From positions 868,001-932,000 of the forward strand of contig CATNEN010000002.1 in NCBI GenBank assembly GCA_950097015.1: 64,000 nt of DNA, in the 5' to 3' direction. Every line of letters starts with the position of its first letter. Within the stretch, counting starts at the first letter, position 1. This document shows positions 46,601 through 57,810 of the stretch, in pieces. This DNA is from Macrostomum hystrix. Lineage: Eukaryota > Animalia > Platyhelminthes. Below the pieces are notes generated by a model. That model saw only the letters and a list, made by a program, of their open reading frames with translations, was not told where the DNA came from and made no database searches. A program made the translations under genes and the position numbers.

Positions 46601-49600
46601 ATTTTTGGGGTTTGAAAAGAGAGTTTAAAAGTGCCTGGTTAAACTGGCGTGCGAGTTTCAGAAGAACTTATTGACCTAGTTAAATTAATGATAATAATTG
46701 CAAGAGGGCTGCCGGAATGGGCATGTCGTTTGGTGACCTTAGGCCCGCAGCCAGCAAGGACGCATTTCTACCTATTTTGCTGACTCCTGAGCACACACCC
46801 ACACGGATACCGTACGCAGGCATGTACCGTACACAGGTGTGTACATCTGCCCAGAATTTCTCATTGTCAGGCAGGCTTTTGTTCCTTAGACTCTTAGAGG
46901 TTCATGGCCCTCATGGGCATAAAATTGCTTTCTCTCGGCGGCTGCGCCCCAAATGGATGTGGCTTCGTCGCGGAATCGAGCTGAAGTACCTTGGTGCGAG
47001 AGGCAAATGCGTTAAATCGCTCTGCCACTCACCCCCCCTTAGGGACCTCACTTCACGGCATTGAACAGTTCTTTTTGTTGAACGCAGGCAAAGCAGATTT
47101 CTCATAAAAATCCTCATTCATAGACCGGAGCGGCAGCCGGTGACCATGCCGAGCAGCAGACAGCTCGGGTGGTACTGGAGCCTGTTGACATGCGGCACTA
47201 CAATGAGCTGCTAGCCGGTATTCCTGACGAATGCGTGAGTCCCGAGCTAGTGCTGCACGCCCTACTGGACCAGGTGGAAGCTCAGGCCGATGGACTCGGC
47301 CCGCCAAGTGAACAGGTGAGTCCCAGGTGGCGCCCCTCAGAGGTGCGACCCGCCTAGAAAAAATACTGACTCGCCACTGGTGAGTCGATTAGGGATATTT
47401 TAGCTTAGAATCAGAGCTAAAATCCTAAATTCTCCCATCGATTATCTGACCTAGGCTGAGCCACCCCGACCTGACGGTGTGAGCCCCAAACTGGCCCGGG
47501 CTCTGGGCTCCCTGGCGCTAAGCCTGGCGCTGACTGACGATGAGAAGCGACTCATCGAGAATGAGCTGATGTCCGGAGGCGGTTCGGCTGCCGCAGCTCC
47601 TGGAGGTTCTTCGGCAAGTCAGCAGTTGATTCACCCCAGCGACGAGATTAGCTTGAGGACGCACTTTCTCAAGAAGAATCAATACTTTGTGCCAAGGTGA
47701 GTTTTAAATAACGGTATGCTGCTACTCACAACGCATTCTTTTGTAAATTTAAATTCATTAAAATTTAGTAACATTGACAATCAACTGACAGTATTGAAAT
47801 CCCAATGAGAAAACGAGAAATTAACCCATCAACTTTTACATCCAAAATGTCATTAATGGAAAAACGCAGTAAAATACCTGAGAATATCGAGTCGAGTTGG
47901 TTGACAGGATTTAGTAGTTCGAGTTGAGTAGGTCTCGCCAAGTTAAGCATATATAACTGGTTCCTTTTTGCCACATCCCCTGATTCCCAATGCAACCCTT
48001 CATCCCCACCGCCTTGGCCGCACAGGGACGCTGAGTTGAGTATGCTCAACAAGATCGGCCCGCTTGCCCAGCTCCGACCGCCGCCCCTAGACGAAACTGG
48101 AGCAGCCGAGACTCGACTGGCCCGACTGCAGGAGCTGCTGTTTTTCTGCTCCCAGGGCGGTCTGTCTTACACTGACATCGATCACGCATTCAAGCAGTTC
48201 GTGTTCGAGTGCCTCCAGCTCACTGGCACCGATCCTGGCGGCTTCGTTGTACCCAGCGCTCCCGGCGAGGCTCCCGCAGTTATCCCGTGGGACGATCCTT
48301 ATCCCTTCTTCGCCGGCCTGCGGGATGTCTACGCCAAGGAGGAGGCCGAGCTTGCCGCGGCTGCCAGTGCCACTGCAATCGAATCCGCAGTCGCCTCCGC
48401 CGCAGCCGCCACAGCCGTCGCCGCCTCCGACGATGGTCGACAAAGTCGCTCGAGGACCTCGTCGGTGCACTTCAGCGAGGAGGCAGTGGCTAAGAGCCTC
48501 CGAGATTCACCGGCCGGTAGCCCGGCTCCGGAGCCGCCGAGCAACAAGGAGGCTGTTGAAGACATTCGACGGACACGGCAGCGAGATTTGGAAGAGTTCT
48601 GCTACGCTGAGCATCTGGAACCGTCTGTGCTTCTCCAGGTAGGCTGGAACACATGTCAACCCTCAACATCAGGTCCTGTTCAGCTAACCCTCCTTCAGGC
48701 TCCATTCAGCCCTTCCTCAGGCTCCATTCAGCCCTTCCTCAGGCTCCGTTCAGCCCCTCCTTCAGGCTCCATTCAGCCCTTCCTCAGGCTCCGTTCAGCC
48801 CTTCCTCAGGCTCCGTTCAGCCCCTCCTTCAGGCTCCATTCAGCCCCTTCCTCAGTCTCCGTTCAGCCCCTCCTTCAGGCTCCATTCAGCCCTTCCTCAG
48901 GCTCCATTCAGCCCTTCCTCAGGCTCCGTTCAGCCCCTCCTTCAGGCCCCATTCAGCCCTTCCTCAGGCTCCGTTCAGCCCTTCCTCAGGCTCCGTTCAG
49001 CCCCTCCTTCAGGCTCCATTCAGCCCCTTCCTTAGTCTCCGTTCAGCCCCTCCTTCAGGCTCCATTCAGCCCCTCCTTCAGGCTTCGAAAATGAAAGTCT
49101 AAATTCATTTAACTCAGGTGCTCCGGGCTGCAACACACCGCCTGCCCTACGTGGATGTCTATTATCATCAGCGCGACAGCTCGCTATTTGTCGTCCTTCA
49201 CAACCCGCACAACCCGGAAACATTGTCGAATCATCGCCACTGGTACTGCTGGCTGCACTCGAATGTTGGCCTGCGAGACTTCATCGAGTTCGCTCAGTTC
49301 GGAGTACAGGTGAGTGTCAGCCTACGTCTACAAGCTCATCTCATTCTGTCTAATCTCATTCTTTCTAATCTCATTCTGTCTCATCTCATTCTGTCTAATC
49401 TCATTCTGTCTAATCTCATTCTGTCTCATCTCATTCTGTCTCATCTCATTCTGTCTAATCTCATCTAGGACTGGATCAAAGAGATGGACGCCCTGTATGA
49501 GGCGCAGCTGCTCAGAGGCGAGCTGGAGCAGGGCTTCAAGGAGGAGGAGGTCGCAGCCAAGAAGGCGGAACTCGAGGCCCGCAAGGCAGCCGGCGGAGCC

Positions 49601-52600
49601 AAAGCTCGGTCGCGCAGCAACTCGCGCACCCGCGTCGGTGGCCCCGCGTCTGAGGCCGACGCTGCTGCTGCTGCGGCTGCCGCCGCCGCCGCCGCCCTCG
49701 CCGATCCGTGCGTGATCCGCGACGGCTCGCTGAAGGCCCTGAAGCTGGAGCAGGAACGCCTGCAGCGCGAGAAGGAGGAGGAAGAGAGAAAGAAGGCGGA
49801 GAAGCAGAGAGGCAAAAGCGCTGGAAAGAAGGGCCCGGAGGCTGACAAGGTGAGAACTTTGTAGCTCGATAGCTGGGAATTCGAGTTCAAAGAGTTGCAT
49901 CCGCAGAATGACTGGAAAACCACCGCACCAAACTTTAAAAGGCCGCCGCCGCTGCCGCTGGGAAGAAGGCCGGGAAAGGCGGCAAAGCGGCTGGCGGGCC
50001 GCCCGGATCTCCCAGCAAAGACGAGCGGTTCAGAGAAGACGGCGGTGAAGGCGCCGCTGATGGCGACGCAGACCAGGAGAACGCGGCCGGCGATACGGCA
50101 GACGATCAGGCGGTGAGTAGATTGAGTACAGTAGGTTGAGTTAGTTGAGTAAAGTAGGTCGAGTAGATCGAGTAGAGTAGGTTGAGTAGATCGAGTAGAG
50201 TAGGTTGAGTAGATCGAGTAGAGTAGATCAATTAGATCGAGTAGATCGAGTAGAGTTGATCGAGTAGAGTAGATCGAGTAGAATAGATTGAATATAGTAA
50301 GTCGAGTAGATCGAGTAGAGTTGGCTTGAGTAAATCGAGTAGAGTAGGTTAAGTAGATCAATTAAAGTACGTAGAGAAGATTCTGTAGATTGAGTAGAGT
50401 GGGTCGAGCAGAGTGAGTAGACTCAACATTGATTTCAAAGACATTAGGAATCAGATATGAAGTGCATGTAATTTTTTTGTCCTTGGAATTTTCGAAAAAT
50501 TGTAAATTTCAGGGAAAGAAAAAAATATCAACAAAGAATGCTTCTTCTTAAGCTTAAGATGGAAAAGGTTTTTCATAAAGTAGAGTGTTGTCAATTAACA
50601 ATAATAAGAGTATATGCGCTTTTCCTAATTTAATGTGCAATCACTTTTTAAGTGTGAGCTTTTGCTTTCAGTTCAAAACTTCAATGCTCACAATGATTAC
50701 TGTTAGTCAGAAGCTTCAATGTGCCTTGACAGGCCTTTCGTTAATACACACCCTTAACTTGCCATCTTAATTTCGTGACAGTTTGTCAGTTACGACCTCG
50801 GCGACACGCTCGCGCACGTCTCGGGCGAGGTGACGAATATGTTTCCCAGCGACGGCGGGACCATCCGCTGCGAGCGTACCGACTTTGTGCACGGCGGTCA
50901 CACTGTGCGCACGTGCGTCTTCAAGGACGGTCACGTGATCACTGTGCACGTCAACGATCCGCTGCGTGAGCTCATGGAGAAGCATCGACCCGAGCCCCCG
51001 CCATTGGAGACCACCGCTGATGCAGCCGCAACCGAGACATCGGAGCAGCAGCTGTTGGAGCAGGAGGATTCTGCACCGCCGGTGGCATTCTACGGCGCAC
51101 TAACTGCCCACATGTCGGACGGCCTAGTACTGGCGCTTTCGCACTATGGCTCCAGTGGTGAGCCATCCAACGTTCGCCGTCCGGAGCCGAAGCCCTACGT
51201 GCCGCCAGCGCCACCGCGAGATCCGTCTCCCGACGCCGCTGAAGCGAAAGGCAGCGCGCGCGGACGTAAGGGCGCCGCCGTTAAACAGCAGCAGCAACAG
51301 GTCGCGGATGCTCCTGCCGAGCCGCCAGCGGAAGTATCTGAGGAGGCCGCAGCTGCAGCTGAGGCGGCAGCCGCCGCAGCAGCCGCAGAAGCTGCCGCCG
51401 CTGACGCCAACGCGGCGTTCCAGCAGGTTTTTCTGTCCTCGCCAGACGGTGCGCTGGTGTCATTCTTTCTGGACTGCTCAGCTGGTGTAGAATCGCCGCG
51501 GCTGGCGGTCCGCATGGAGTTCCCCGGCCTGCCCGGACCTGCTCAGCGAGAGGCCTCGCGCAGGGCTCAGTTCGATGAGCTGCGCCGAGTGGTCACAATG
51601 GATGGCGCCGTTGTGAGGATCATGCGAGACGGCACTAGTGAGGTAATTAGCGCCAGCTCCCCTGTTGGTGCCTAGCGTGATGTCACTCGCGTTACACAAA
51701 ACACCCCCTGCTCACCCCTGCCAGATTCTGTACGCGGATGGCTCGGTGTCGCACAGCCGTCGCTATCAGAAGCCCCTGGTGCCAATGGAAGAAGAAGAGG
51801 CCACCAAGAAGAGCGAAAGTCCAAGGAAGAGTGAGTATACCTAGAGAGCTAGCTCTTGTTTACATGTATTTCTTCATCGATTGATTTTGTTAGCTAATAA
51901 GGAATGTTCTTCTAACTGGCTGCAGCTGTGACTGGCGAGCTCTACTGTAATAAAATATACTGCAACTTTATGCTGAATATAAACTATATAATTTTACAGA
52001 GACCACAAACCGTACCGAAGAGAAAGGTCGTAAGCGCCTTTCCGATCGACGTGACACAACAGCAAATGCGGCTGCTGCTGCTGCTGCTGCAACTCAGCAA
52101 CAGCAGCAGCAACAGCAGCATCTGGCTATCGTGCCCAATGGTAGCCGGAGCATGGATTTCATATTGAATTTTGTCTCTTCTGGTCAATTAGATTCTCAAT
52201 CCGAAAGCAGTTTTTTTGCTTCATTTTTCGGAATCCTACACGATCTGAGATCAGGGCGTCGACTAAGATTTCTGTTGTTTTCCGTTTTCTATTGCACGAG
52301 AAGCCATGTTTGGTATTATCATTCATATGAGTGACTGCCCAGTAGTCGAACCCTGTCTTTGCTGCACAAGAACTAGTCGATGGCCTAAACATTTTGGCAC
52401 AATATCATTTTTGTTTGATTTGTACAGGATAAGTTTGCTTTCTTAGTTGCTAGTTGGATTTTAATGTGTTTTTCTACGACGCATTCGTGTGCCTTCTTGA
52501 CCGATAGTACTGCCAGTAGCCAGCGTGAGCTTCCAATGAAATGCTAAATATTTTGGGTTTTAATCCTAGTTTCACATTGCGTTTGCATCAATTCAAGCAT

Positions 52601-55600
52601 TATTGGCTTGCATGATTTGTTTAAAATGAATGAACTTAGAAGGCATGAAAACGCTTTGATGTCACATGACGTTGCTCTCTGGCGAAAAATAGTGAAAAGT
52701 GAATTCTGCGCTTTGTGTGTCTATAAAAAAGCAATGCCCGTTTACCCAGGCGGCAAGAAGTCAAGCAAGGCCAACGAACCCACCTCGGATGCGGAGGCCC
52801 AGACTGTTTCAAAAGTCGAATGGACTCACGTCACTCCAGCTGGCGAACGTTGGCGTCTGCGCGCCGGAGAGCCGGCGGAGCAGCTGGAGCCCTGCCAGGG
52901 TTCGGTGGCCACAGACCCCAGCACCGGGGAGGTCATGTGCGTGCGAGACGATCGCGTCAGCATCGTGCACTGGGCGGAGGCCCAGGTGACGGTTGCTGAG
53001 CACGCGGACGGAACTCGGTTGACAAGTTTTTGCATCTACCAGCCCGTCAGCGGAGCCACCGCTGCCGCTGATGCTGAAACTGGCGAGGAGACGGCATCAA
53101 CTGCTGTTGAAGCACAGCGCTTCGTCCGTGTCGAATGCCCCGGCTTTCCGACAGTGCTGCTAAACTTAACGTCAGGCGAGGCCGAGCTCACTCTCGGAGG
53201 AGCGCGCGGCGGCAACTCAATCTTTGCCGCATCCCCAATCGGTATCTACCACCTGTACCACAGCGAGGGTGGTCAGCTCAGCGTCCACGAAGACGGCACC
53301 GTGATGTACACTCCCAAAACGGTGCCTGAGATTGCCTACGCTGCAGCCTCAGCTGGAGCCGCCGCGGGTGACGCCGTGCCGAGCTACTCATTCCGTCATC
53401 ATGCCGACGTTGTAGTCGAAGTAGTGGATCCTGACGGCAACGTGTTCAGCGTGGACACCAGCGGCAATAGTCACGTGATGCTGAGCGGCGGAGCCGAGGA
53501 GTCTGAAGAGGCCACTCAGGAGCAAAGTCCCGAGCAGAAGCAGCAAGCAATCAGCAACAGCAACCCAAGCCTGGGTCTGCATCTTCCGAGGTACTTCATT
53601 GTACGATCTGATGGATCTGGCTCGGAATTGCTTCGGTAAGTTTTTGATTTCACTAATCTTAATCGTCCTGACTATTAAATAGCGAATGTTTTGTCCTCAA
53701 CATAATAATCGCAGCTATGCCGATGTGGCCGAGTACCTGAGCGACGCCGAACGCAGCCCCGACGCTGCCCTGCTACGTCAGCAGCTGCAAGACACTCCGC
53801 ACGTGACCGCCCTGACGGTCATCCGACCCCTGGCGCGCAACCTACCCCAGCTTTGGACTCTGCCTTACGTGCAGGACTCGATCGTGCCGAAAGGTCTGCG
53901 CTCTCGCGATTTGCACTCGTTCCCACCGCCGCACATGGACGGGCTCGCAGTGAAGCATCGCCAGCAGCAGCAGCAGCAGCAGATGCAACAGCAGCTTCAG
54001 CAGCAGCAGCAGTCCTCCAAGCTGAGCCAGTGCCAGGCTGTTGAGTTCCGGCAGATTCTGCGCTATCCACCAGTCTCAGCTGATTTGCGTCAGTTGCTGC
54101 ACCAGCGACTGCAACAATACGCTGAGCACGTGCAGGTGAGCTGTGCTATGCTGAACACCACCTTTGCCTGCCAACAAGAATCGCAAAAAATATACAATCG
54201 TTATGGTGGCTGATCGAAATGACCGATTTTAGTGAAATTCCACCGTTTGGATCAAAATTTTCCGCTCTATACGCTCGTACGATGAACAAATTTTTAAAGC
54301 CGTCCGACGTCAGCATCGTCGAATTATTCAGCGATTCTTGTCGAATACCCTGGTGACAAGAACAAGAAACTTTTCTCTGTTTAAAATTTTTTGGCGAATC
54401 AATGTTGGTTCAAAAATAGTTGTAAATAAAAGCTGACGTTAATTTTGTGAACATAAAAATGTGCCTCTATTTGTGGCACCAGACGTGCGGACGAGCATCG
54501 TTGAATATCTCGCCAATGCAGATGTTTTGTGATTCTGGAAGCTGTTTCATCGGATAAGTTTAGCCCCGTGGTCTGGATTTTCATGGTGATTTTGCTCTGA
54601 TGTGATGAGGAGTCAGTGGATGCGCAGAATTGTCAAATGTCTCTAACAATTTTTCGGTGCCCAGGCTAGACTAGCTGACTGTCGTGATGCTCAACCAGAC
54701 GAGCCGCGAGCTCCTGCCGAGCGGGCTCGAGCCGCCGACCTCCTGTCTCGCCTAGCCCAACTGCAGGCCGACGCTCGCCTAGACGACCTCGAGGACGCCT
54801 ACAGCCGGGCCACCGCCCCGGCGCCGCCCTCGGCTCCGCCAACGCCGAAGCCCAAGCGGTCCGAGGCGGACTGGGAGCGGGACCGCCGCGAGCTGGAGCT
54901 GGAGATGGCCAACCGGCTGGCCCTGAGGAAGCGGGCTGTGCCCAACTATTTCCGCTCTGAGTTCAGTCACGACTTTCTGCTCAGCCAGGTGATTATAGTC
55001 TCATCAATTATTTGTGCCTTTTAGTGTACCTGTTCGACTAGTACGCTCGTACTATGCAAAAAAGTGGTAATAACCCCAATAAAAGCAAATTCAAAAGCAA
55101 ACCTGATGTATTTCTAAATCCAATTCTTTTAACTTTCAGATTTACTCATATCCAAGAAAGGTACTTATTTTAATAATTTGTACTACTTTTTCGCACAATT
55201 TCATAACTATTCACTGCTCTGCTCAATTTCTGTGCATTACGATGCCTTGAGATTAATTTACTGAATGGTTCGCTCTTATCGTATTATTAAAGAAAGTCTG
55301 GATTCTATCTGCCTGCATTAGAGCATATTTATTGGCCTTTCTTGCTATGCTATGTCCCTTCCTTCACTGATTACGTAGTTAAAATCGCTGAGCTCGGAAA
55401 ATTTTTGGAATCATTGAAATTACTAGTTCATCTCAAAGTAAAGTTGTTCGATTGATCACTGTGTTGTATTGTGCCATCTACAAGCTTAGTGTAAACTCGG
55501 CACATGAACAGGTTTTATTTGATTAAGACAAAAAAATGAACTGTCTGAACTCTTCGCAGGCTAAGGACGTGCACTCGCTGGCCAAGAAATTTGACGTTTT

Positions 55601-56691
55601 TCCACCGAGCGAAGAGTCCAGTGCTCAGGCCAGCAGAGGTAAGACTTCATTTATCACTTAAAGACTTGGCTGTCATCTAAATAAGCTTTTTCTAACGAGC
55701 TTCGCTTAAACTGTGATTATTTTAGTTCCATCTGCGAAGGGTGCAAGCGCAACGGGCTCAAGTCCAAATCAGCAGCAACAGCAGCAGCAAACAATGCAGC
55801 CTCAGCAGCAGCAGCAGTCCCTGCAATATGGGCGGCAAAATCAGGAGAAAAACACTGAAATCCAGGACAAAGCCTACAAGGCACCCGTGTTCCACGCCGA
55901 CCACCGCTTCCACGAAGCGCCTTACTACAGTCGGAAACTGCCGGCTCACCTTCTGACGGAGGACGAGAAACAGCTGGGCAGCTCCGGGGCTCGAATCCCA
56001 GCCTACCTGACCAGCGGCCGGCCGGGTGCCAAGCCCAACAGTCGCCAGGCTCGCGTTGAAGATCCCGTGCGCAGAAAGATTTTCTCAACCTCGGTGGTAG
56101 GCAGCTCGTTGATTGGACAACTGGGGTTGCGTCGAATGCGAGGCCTCAACGCCCTGCCAATCAGGTTGGACTTCGGCCTGGTGCGCGAGGGCTGCACCTA
56201 TCAGATGACGCTCCACCTGGTGAACACTGGCGTCGAGTCGTGCCGCTGGCGTGTGGCTGCACCGCCGCCATCGACAGGCATTCGACTGCTCTACCAGAGC
56301 GGCACCATCGCGGCTGGAATGCGACGCGAGGTGAACGTCGAGGTGTACGCTATCGCAGCCGGCGTCGAAGGAGCCAGCGGAATCGGGCTACTAACGCATC
56401 AGTTGCAGGTGAAAAACGGCATAATTTGCTTTTCCGGGCTGAGATAACGGATACATTGGTTGCGAATTCAAAAGCATCGACGTGTTTTGTTGGCAGGTTA
56501 TAACAGAGACGGATGTGCTGAGCGTGCCAATCACCGCACGAGTGATGACCGCCCACGAGTACGATAAGCTGGAGACATCCAACCAGCGACTGTCTCGCGG
56601 AGTTCGCATGACATCAAACAAGCCGCCAGATCGTGACGGCATCATTCGACCGCGACGGGCCGACACGACCTTGAGCAAAGTGGCTGCCTAG
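43685..56691 (+). CDS. SPAG17: Sperm-associated antigen 17 (PF6), axonemal central-pair C1a protein; 19 exons, about 2229 aa
   Basis: Exons 43685-43771, 44501-44644, 44725-45313, 46116-46498, 47124-47315, 47455-47696, 48026-48638, 49118-49309, 49469-49849, 49942-50112, 50782-51642, 51725-51830, 52000-52140, 52750-53635, 53715-54135, 54665-54988, 55560-55638, 55726-56408, 56497-56691 join in phase (6690 nt). Motifs: KWETAL, RKLFTFVSFEDL, DEPEDG..YIVLTGF, DMRHYNELL..IP, FPSDGG, HADGTR, RYFIVRSDGSGSELLR, and a C-terminal PapD/ASH-like LDFGLVREG...VNTGVESCRWRV. Confidence 0.9.
45641..45654. promoter_or_regulatory. Perfect palindromic RFX X-box GTTGCCATGGCAAC in SPAG17 intron 3
   Basis: Exact 14/14 match to the canonical X-box, inside a motile-cilia gene. 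Confidence 0.7.
46735..47032 (-). mobile_element. tRNA-derived SINE, copy 4 (most complete), in SPAG17 intron 4
   Basis: Head GCGGAATCGAGCTGAAGTACCTTGGTGCGAGAGGCAAATGCGTTAAATCGCTCTGCCACTC (reverse tRNA-like), plus the body shared with 5622-5895. Confidence 0.75.
48690..49085 (+). repeat. 22-bp minisatellite (TTCAGCCCTTCCTCAGGCTCCA) in SPAG17 intron 7
   Basis: Direct reading; about 18 units. Confidence 0.92.
49335..49468 (+). repeat. 15-bp minisatellite (CTCATTCTGTCTAAT) filling SPAG17 intron 8 up to the acceptor AG
   Basis: Direct reading; about 8-9 units. Confidence 0.92.
50113..50420 (+). repeat. Degenerate GAGTAG(ATC) array starting at the donor of SPAG17 intron 10
   Basis: GCG|GTGAGTAGATTGAGTAC...GTCGAGTAGATCGAGTAGAGTAGG... 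Confidence 0.85.
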
Positions 56692-57810
56692 AAGCCCGAA
56701 CAAAATGTCCAACAATTACTTAAGATTTATTATAACAAAAATAAAAGATATTCTTCAGATTGTTTGACAACAAAATTGTTAAAACTATTAAATAACACTA
56801 GCCCAGAGTACCGAGAACAACATATGTTTTAGTGGACTAAGAGTTCTGTGATCAGTTTTCCTATCTATAAAGCGGACTTGGTCAACTCACACGGAAGTTA
56901 ATATATAGTGGGGTTCAATACGTTGATAGTGTTATTTTATAATAGCTACACGTATTTCAATATTTACCTGTGAATATTTATTTGTGATATTGATCACAAA
57001 TATGCAGGTATAAGAAAAGGTTCATATATTTAAGTTCTTTTTCCTTAAATAACTTTTCTACTACTGTTGCATCTTGCTTAATTTTTTGTGCACCAATAAC
57101 AGAGAACAAGGACACAACAACTAAACTATTGATCAAATGTCGTGACAGAACAAAATAAATTGTCAGAATAATATATTTCACTAAAGCGTGCATTAAACTT
57201 AATACTTATTTAACAGTTTGCTTTCTCATAAAAAATGCTTAAACAGCAGATCAAAATTAATTTCAAGTAAACACAAGATGTGTAAGGCAGGCTTCTTGGT
57301 TAAAATAATCTTGTGCTTAAAGGGTATTAAAGCAAGTTAATTTGTCAACACAGGTTAAAACAAAGTATAAAATTTTAAAGGCGTTTTCTAAAAAAACAAT
57401 TTGAGCATATACAAGCGAAAAAGTAATTCTGTTTAGTAATATTAATACTTCTTACTGTGACAAGAATGATATACCCGTTTGGATATTTTGTAAATTACAT
57501 GTAAACTACTCAGGCCAGGCCTCCACAACCATTAATTTAACACACGAGCTAGTGCTAGACCCCATTCAGAATTTGGTAAACTAAAACACTAACCCTAGTC
57601 GTAAGCAACGATATTAATAGTAGTTCTTGTTACATTAAAGCTCGTCAGAAATGTATGGGCAGATTAAAAAAATCATTCGTTGAAGCGTAAAGTGCAGAAA
57701 AATACGAATTTATCAATTTAAATACATTACCGCCATACGAAACGTCAAATACAAAGCACAAGCTGCTAAACTAGTCAATTTTACTTGTCATTTGTCTGCA
57801 CGTGACTGTT

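Noticed and set aside
5622-47032. All four SINE copies are on the minus strand
   Set aside because: The chance of four sharing one orientation is 1 in 8, and the orientation is inconsistent relative to host-gene direction.
52608-52749. N-terminal part of the 343-aa ORF (MHDLFKMNELRR...)
   Set aside because: It is intronic read-through; the exon begins at the acceptor TTTACCCAG (52749), in phase with exon 13.
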